Assembly: GCA_963843795.1 (NCBI GenBank)
Contig: CAWJLW010000006.1
Coordinates: 1,302,001 to 1,366,000, forward strand
Length of the DNA: 64,000 bases
Reading direction: 5' to 3'
Source: an uncultured bacterium
GTDB taxonomy: Bacteria > Armatimonadota > Abditibacteriia > Abditibacteriales > Abditibacteriaceae
Shown: positions 59,057-64,000 of the stretch, piece after piece
How positions within the stretch are numbered: position 1 is the first letter of the stretch
Layout of the letters: every line of letters starts with the position of its first letter
Notes under the pieces: generated by a model
Database searches by the model: none
Told to the model about the DNA's origin: nothing
Seen by the model: the letters and a program-made list of their open reading frames with translations, nothing else
Program-made: the position numbers and the translations under genes

Positions 59057-60082
59057 TTAGTTGGCCAGCGCGCTATCTTTTTCCGCGTCAGCTTTTTTGT
59101 AAAGCGTGGTGGGAATCAGAATTTGCGCGGGCAACTCTTCGCCAGCCATATATTTCACGATGGAATCGACGGTTTTCTTGCCAATTTCAGTGGGCGATTG
59201 AACGGGATCGGCATAAATTTTTCCGTTTTTAATGGCTTGTTTACCTTCTTCGTTGCCGTCGAAACCGACGATCATGACTTTACCGGATTTGCCCGCTTTT
59301 TCCAGTGCTGCGACCGCGCCCAGCGCCGAAGGGTCGTTGATGCCGAAGAAGCCGTTCAAATCGGGGTGAGCTTGCAAAATGTCTTCGGCAGCCTTGAAAG
59401 ATTTATCTTTTTCGCCGCCGCCGGGCAATTTGGCTACGATCGTGATTTTGCCAGCGCCCTTGGCGTTGTGCTCATTGATGACCTGCTCGAAACCTTTGGT
59501 GCGCAGAATCACCGATTCGGCTTCGGGATGGTCGATGATGGCGACTTTGCCTTTACCTCCCAGCGCTTCAATCATCGCTTCGCCAGCTAATTTGCCACCG
59601 CTGAGGTTATCAGTCGCAATGTGCGAAACCACTTTGGCGTCTTTGGAAAGCGAAGCAATGTCGGCAGTGAACACTGGAATGCCCGCATCGTTAGCGGCTT
59701 TGATGGCTTCACCGACCGATTTGGAATCGGCGGGGTTGAGAATAATTGCCGAAACTTTTCTCACGATGAAATCATTGACCTGATCTTTTTGTTTGGCCGG
59801 ATCGTTATCGGCAGAAACGATTACTGCGTCCATGTTGTTGGCTTTGGCTTCTTCGCCAATCGCCTTGCCCATGTCGCTGAAAAACGGATTGGTCGAAGTC
59901 AACAGCGACACGCCAATTGTGCCTTTGGATGCGCCGCCGGTCGTCGTCGCGCCGCCTGCGCTGGTTCCACTGCCGTCGGCAGTATTGGTGGCATTCTGGC
60001 CGCCGTTACAACCGGCGAAAATAAACAGAGCAGTCGAAGCGACGGTCGAAAGAAGCAAACGGCGAGTGAAGTAACGTTTCAT
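59057..60082 (-). CDS. Sugar ABC transporter substrate-binding lipoprotein (RbsB-like)
   Basis: Lipobox 'FAGC', 'TNPFF', 'ATDN..GG', 'ND..ALGA' and 'VGFDG'. Confidence 0.92.
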   Translation of the reverse strand: MKRYFTRRLLLSTVASTALFIFAGCNGGQNATNTADGSGTSAGGATTTGGASKGTIGVSLLTSTNPFFSDMGKAIGEEAKANNMDAVIVSADNDPAKQKDQVNDFIVRKVSAIILNPADSKSVGEAIKAANDAGIPVFTADIASLSKDAKVVSHIATDNLSGGKLAGEAMIEALGGKGKVAIIDHPEAESVILRTKGFEQVINEHNAKGAGKITIVAKLPGGGEKDKSFKAAEDILQAHPDLNGFFGINDPSALGAVAALEKAGKSGKVMIVGFDGNEEGKQAIKNGKIYADPVQSPTEIGKKTVDSIVKYMAGEELPAQILIPTTLYKKADAEKDSALAN

Positions 60083-60118
60083 AAATTAATTCCTTTACTG
60101 GTTTTGAATAGGGTGAAT

Positions 60119-61534
60119 CTAAGACGATGGGCCGGGTGTCGCAGCGGGGGCAGCAGGCGGTGGATCGGTCGTAATTTCGCGGCGATTGTGGCCAGTCAGC
60201 CAGCGCCAATCGCGATGTTTGAGCATATCGAGCAGGACAGCGCCCAGAATTACTACGCCCAAAACTACGCGCTGTGTGTAACTTTCAACGCCAGTCAGGT
60301 TCATGCCGTTTTGAATGACGGCGATAATGAAAGCGCCAATCAAAGTGCCGAAAATTTTGCCCTGCCCGCCGCTCAAACTGGTTCCGCCCACGACAACCGC
60401 CGCGATGACATAAAGTTCGTAAGCAAGTCCGTAGGTTGGTGCGCCACTTTTTAACTGTGAGGCCAGCACCACGCCGCCAAAGCCCGCCATCGCGCCTGAA
60501 ACTGTGTAAACGAACAGTAAAATTGGGGCCACGCGTACACCAGAAAGCCGCGCTGCTTCAGGGTTGCCGCCGACTGCGTAAATGTAACGGCCCAGCTTGG
60601 TGCGGCTCATCAAGATGTGCGCCACGATATAAATCAGTGCCATCAGCCAAACCGCGTTCGGGACGCCACCCAAGCTGGTGCCGCGCCCTAGAATTGTGAA
60701 GGATTCGGGAATTTCATAAATTGAAGTTCCCTTCGACAAAATAAACGCGATGCCGCTGGCAATTTGCATTACGCCCAGCGTGGCAATAAAAGGTGGCAGA
60801 TTGAACGCCGTAATCGCCGCGCCCGATAATAAACCGATGCCGCCGCACATCGCGATTCCAGCGAGACTGGCGAGAATCATCGTGCCGCTGCTGGCGTCAG
60901 TTCCGCCCGCATTGCGAATCAGGATTGTTGTGACAACTGCGGACAGCGCAATCAAACTACCTACAGATAAATCGATGCCGCCGGTTACAATTACCATCGT
61001 CATACCGACCGCGATGACCGCGACGACGACGATTTGGTTGGCGATATTCAATAAGTTCGCTCGCTGCAAAAATAAAGGCCAACGATAGCTTTCGGCGTAG
61101 AAAAGCTTGGCATTGGAAAGCGTCGGATATTTTTGGCCGATTTCCTTCAAAACCGTCCAGTCCGCACACGCGGGCGTAGTGGCGATGGCGGCGATTGGAA
61201 TATTCTGCGCGGCGGCTTTTTCCAAACCTTCGCGCGCCGCACGCGGGTCGCCAAGTACTTGGGACGCGATGGTGTAGCCAGAAGCCTCCAGCCGTCGCTT
61301 TAATCCCTGTGCGAACGCCTTATCGCCATCGCTGTTGCGCGCGACAATCATGACAGCTGCGCCCTTTTCGGCAGACTTTTCGATGCGCGCGGCGACAGTT
61401 TGCGCGGCGACATCGCCTTCGGGGTTCTGCACTTGTAAAGTCGCCCATGAATAATAAACGCACAGCAGCAACAAAACAATCGCCATGCCGTAACTGGTGA
61501 ACAAACCGCGCATTCCCGCGCGCAACCGACTCAC
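60119..61534 (-). CDS. Sugar ABC transporter permease (RbsC-like) with a soluble insertion
   Basis: 'GGIDLSVGS', 'PPFIATLG', 'GGNPEAARLSG' and 'IAAVVVGGTSLSGG'. Confidence 0.92.
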   Translation of the reverse strand: MSRLRAGMRGLFTSYGMAIVLLLLCVYYSWATLQVQNPEGDVAAQTVAARIEKSAEKGAAVMIVARNSDGDKAFAQGLKRRLEASGYTIASQVLGDPRAAREGLEKAAAQNIPIAAIATTPACADWTVLKEIGQKYPTLSNAKLFYAESYRWPLFLQRANLLNIANQIVVVAVIAVGMTMVIVTGGIDLSVGSLIALSAVVTTILIRNAGGTDASSGTMILASLAGIAMCGGIGLLSGAAITAFNLPPFIATLGVMQIASGIAFILSKGTSIYEIPESFTILGRGTSLGGVPNAVWLMALIYIVAHILMSRTKLGRYIYAVGGNPEAARLSGVRVAPILLFVYTVSGAMAGFGGVVLASQLKSGAPTYGLAYELYVIAAVVVGGTSLSGGQGKIFGTLIGAFIIAVIQNGMNLTGVESYTQRVVLGVVILGAVLLDMLKHRDWRWLTGHNRREITTDPPPAAPAATPGPSS

Positions 61535-63084
61535 TGCGAAACTCCCATTGCCATTGTCTCCGTTTGCTGTGCTTCGGCTTGATTTTCCACCGTGAAGCTC
61601 AAAATTTGTTCTTGCGTGGCGTGCGCCACGTCTTCGATTTCACCCACGATACGACCTTCGTGCATCACCAAAATACGATCGCTCATGCCAAGTACCTCGG
61701 GCAGTTCGGACGAAATCATCAGAATTGATTTCCCCTGCGCTGCCAACTCGTTCATCAATAAGTAAATTTCGTATTTCGCGCCGACATCAATGCCGCGCGT
61801 TGGCTCATCGATGATGATGATATCGGAATTGGTTTCCAGCCATTTGGCTAAAACAACTTTTTGCTGATTGCCGCCCGAAAGATTGCGCGCCAACTGTTCC
61901 TGGTGCGGCACTTTGATTTGCAAACTTTCGATGTAACCCGCGAACGCTTTGCGTTCTTGTGCGCGCTGCACGAAACCCAATTTCGACAGCAATCCTAAAT
62001 TCGGCAAGCCAAAATTTTCGCGCACCGACAAGCCCAGCACCAAACCCTGTGATTTGCGATCTTCAGTCAACAGGCAAATGCCGTTTTGAATCGCATCGAC
62101 CGGCGAATTGATTTTCAGTTCGCGCCCATCGAGCGTAATTGTGCCGCTTTCGCGCTTGTCGGCACCGAAAAGCAAGCGCGCCACTTCAGTCCGTCCCGCA
62201 CCGACCAAACCAGTCAGCCCAAGTACTTCGCCGTGCCGCAAATCGAAACTCACTCCGCGCACGCTGTTGCCACGCCACAAATTGCGCACCTGTAAGCGCG
62301 TTTGACCCACTTCCGTGTCGCGTTTGGGAAATTCGCTTTCCAGTTTGCGCCCGACCATCAGTTCGATAATGCGTTCGCGCGACAAATCGGCAACGTTTTC
62401 GGTCGTGATATATTCTCCATCGCGCATAATCGTGGCGCGGTCGCACATCGCGAAAATCTCGTCCAAGCGATGGCTGACGTAAAGAATCCCCAAACCCTGC
62501 GCCTGCAAATCGCGAATAATGGCAAACAATTTCTCGACTTCACGCCCGCTGAGCGCTGCGGTTGGCTCGTCCATCACCACGATGCGAGCTTTGCGCGCCA
62601 GCGCTTTGGCGATTTCCACGATTTGCTGCTGCGCAACTGATAATTGGCTGCACAAAATTTCGGGGTCGATTTCAATGTCCAAGCGCTTGAATAATTCCAG
62701 CGCTTCGCGCCGTTCCTCGTTGGGTGAGAGAAATCCGCCTCCGCGCTCTTGGCCCAGAAAAATATTTTCGCGCGCCGAAAGCGTCGGGACGAGATTAAAT
62801 TCTTGATAAATCACCGCGACGCCCAATTGCTGCGCATCCAGAGGCGAAGAAATAGCGGCGATTTTACCATCAATGGCAATCGTGCCCGCTTCAGGATGAT
62901 GCGCGCCCGAAAGTACTTTGATCATCGTACTTTTGCCCGCGCCGTTTTCGCCCAACAGAGCATGAACTTCGCCCGCGCGTAGTTCGAGTTGTCCGCGTTT
63001 AATGGCGCGGACGCCGGGAAACGATTTTTCGATGCCTTGCATCGAAAGCAGCGGCAATGGTGCGGAAGAAAATTCAGAATTCAT
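61531..63084 (-). CDS. Sugar ABC transporter ATP-binding protein (RbsA-like)
   Basis: 'GENGAGKST', two ABC halves, 'LSGGNQQK' and 'DEPTRGIDVGAK'. Confidence 0.95.
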   Translation of the reverse strand: MNSEFSSAPLPLLSMQGIEKSFPGVRAIKRGQLELRAGEVHALLGENGAGKSTMIKVLSGAHHPEAGTIAIDGKIAAISSPLDAQQLGVAVIYQEFNLVPTLSARENIFLGQERGGGFLSPNEERREALELFKRLDIEIDPEILCSQLSVAQQQIVEIAKALARKARIVVMDEPTAALSGREVEKLFAIIRDLQAQGLGILYVSHRLDEIFAMCDRATIMRDGEYITTENVADLSRERIIELMVGRKLESEFPKRDTEVGQTRLQVRNLWRGNSVRGVSFDLRHGEVLGLTGLVGAGRTEVARLLFGADKRESGTITLDGRELKINSPVDAIQNGICLLTEDRKSQGLVLGLSVRENFGLPNLGLLSKLGFVQRAQERKAFAGYIESLQIKVPHQEQLARNLSGGNQQKVVLAKWLETNSDIIIIDEPTRGIDVGAKYEIYLLMNELAAQGKSILMISSELPEVLGMSDRILVMHEGRIVGEIEDVAHATQEQILSFTVENQAEAQQTETMAMGVSQ

Positions 63085-63587
63085 ACTGCGTTGCAAAGTG
63101 TGAAAGCGATTATTTTGCGGCTTCGAAAATCAAGTCATCCAAACCGCACAACGACTTCAGACCGCTCGATTTCTCGTTGACGCCAACGATTTTCACACGC
63201 AAAGTGCAATGGTTACCGTGCGGCACAAAAATCTCAGATCAATCGGTTCAGATTGCCGCCCAACTGACGCATGCCATCGAAATCCAAGGGAATTATATGA
63301 CCATTTATGGGAAAGCGAAGTTTAACGTAATCGGACTCTTGAGTTGCGTGCAAAACTAGTCAATACGTGTAGTTTGAATCGGGTATTACTAATTCTACGC
63401 CATACTGTTAAGTCCTGCGATAAATGGTAAATGTGCCAAGGCATGAATTGCATTTGAATCGGGTTTCGATGAAAGAATGAGTTGGATGCAAAATCCCTCT
63501 CCACGTGTTTGCCGAAACGTGCTTGCCTAAACAAATCAGAACTGAGAGGATAAAAGTAATTTTATATTAGGAATTGGAGGCACCACA

Positions 63588-63619
63588 AAAAGCTCCCGCC
63601 AGCAGCGGCGGGAGCTTTT
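63588..63619 (-). terminator. Conventional intrinsic terminator of the tRNA
   Basis: AAAAGCTCCCGCC-AGCAGC-GGCGGGAGCTTTT. Confidence 0.85.
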
Positions 63620-63658
63620 GAGTACCTTACTCGACTTTATGTCCTCAAGGTTGATGAG

Positions 63659-63732
63659 TAGCCCGTAGGGGATTCGAACCCCTGATCTTCAGAATGAGAA
63701 TCTGATGTCCTGGGCCTCTAGACGAACGGGCC
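63659..63732 (-). tRNA. tRNA-Glu (anticodon CTC), CCA not encoded
   Basis: GGCCCGT/ACGGGCT acceptor stem, anticodon arm TCAGA-TTCTCAT-TCTGA and T-arm AGGGGTTCGAATCCCCT. Confidence 0.95.
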
Positions 63733-63781
63733 ATCTGCGCTAAAAGCACCAGAAAATTTAACAAATTCCTCTGCAGTGCGC

Positions 63782-63815
63782 AAGTTCTATGTGCAAGTAC
63801 TTGCACATAGAACTT
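63782..63815. repeat. 34-bp perfect palindrome just after rho
   Basis: AAGTTCTATGTGCAAGT|ACTTGCACATAGAACTT. Confidence 0.95.
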
Positions 63816-63822
63816 AATCGTT

Positions 63823-64000
63823 TTACGAGTTCTGCGCTTGACCTTGCTTGGCCGATTTTGACACGATTTGCATGAAATCGGCGTTGGTTTTGGTATTACG
63901 CAAACGGTCGATGAGAAGGGTAATTGACTTGTCGTTGTCCAAGTTTGCCAGCGTGCGACGTAGGTGATACACCGCCGTCAAATCGTCTTTGCTCATCAGC
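63823..64000 (-). CDS. rho: Transcription termination factor Rho, C-terminal fragment (partial)
   Basis: My translation LMSKDDLTAVYHLRRTLANLDNDKSITLLIDRLRNTKTNADFMQIV... matches the Rho C-terminus (L...L....LR......L...L..TKTN..F). Confidence 0.8.
   Translation of the reverse strand, partial: LMSKDDLTAVYHLRRTLANLDNDKSITLLIDRLRNTKTNADFMQIVSKSAKQGQAQNS

Noticed and set aside
63090..63585. AT-rich stretch beside the tRNA 3' end as an integrated element or small gene
   Set aside because: I saw no integrase and no duplicated tRNA 3' end, and the short ORFs have no recognisable features.
796..63815. Palindrome copies as a CRISPR array
   Set aside because: They are dispersed with kb-scale irregular spacing and variable arms; there are no regular spacers and no cas genes.

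Overview
This is a bacterial chromosomal window. The DUF1559 prepilin proteins of the '[26 protein letters not shown]' type and the RpoB/RpoC features suggest Armatimonadota/Abditibacteriota (inference). Housekeeping genes include xerD, a RecQ-family helicase, a stand-alone rpoB-rpoC pair, tRNA-Glu(CTC) and the 3' end of rho. The window also holds signalling genes, peptidases and a ~25 kb carbohydrate/sulfatase region: a XylR-type regulator, two DUF1559 pseudopilins, five sulfatase loci (one frameshifted, one decayed), DUF1800/DUF1501, GH125- and GH92-malectin mannosidases and an Rbs-type ABC importer. The dominant unexplained signal is a highly iterated palindrome, (T)GCAAGTACTTGC(A). My hand count is about 34 exact 12-mers plus about 12 further AAGTACTT cores. 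It lies in frame inside genes and signal peptides, and it forms the centre of loop-less perfect palindromes up to 52 bp in many intergenic gaps. Two genes that lack the motif internally are bracketed by identical copies, suggesting cassette-like gene insertion at this site. Counts and family calls were made by eye, without tools.
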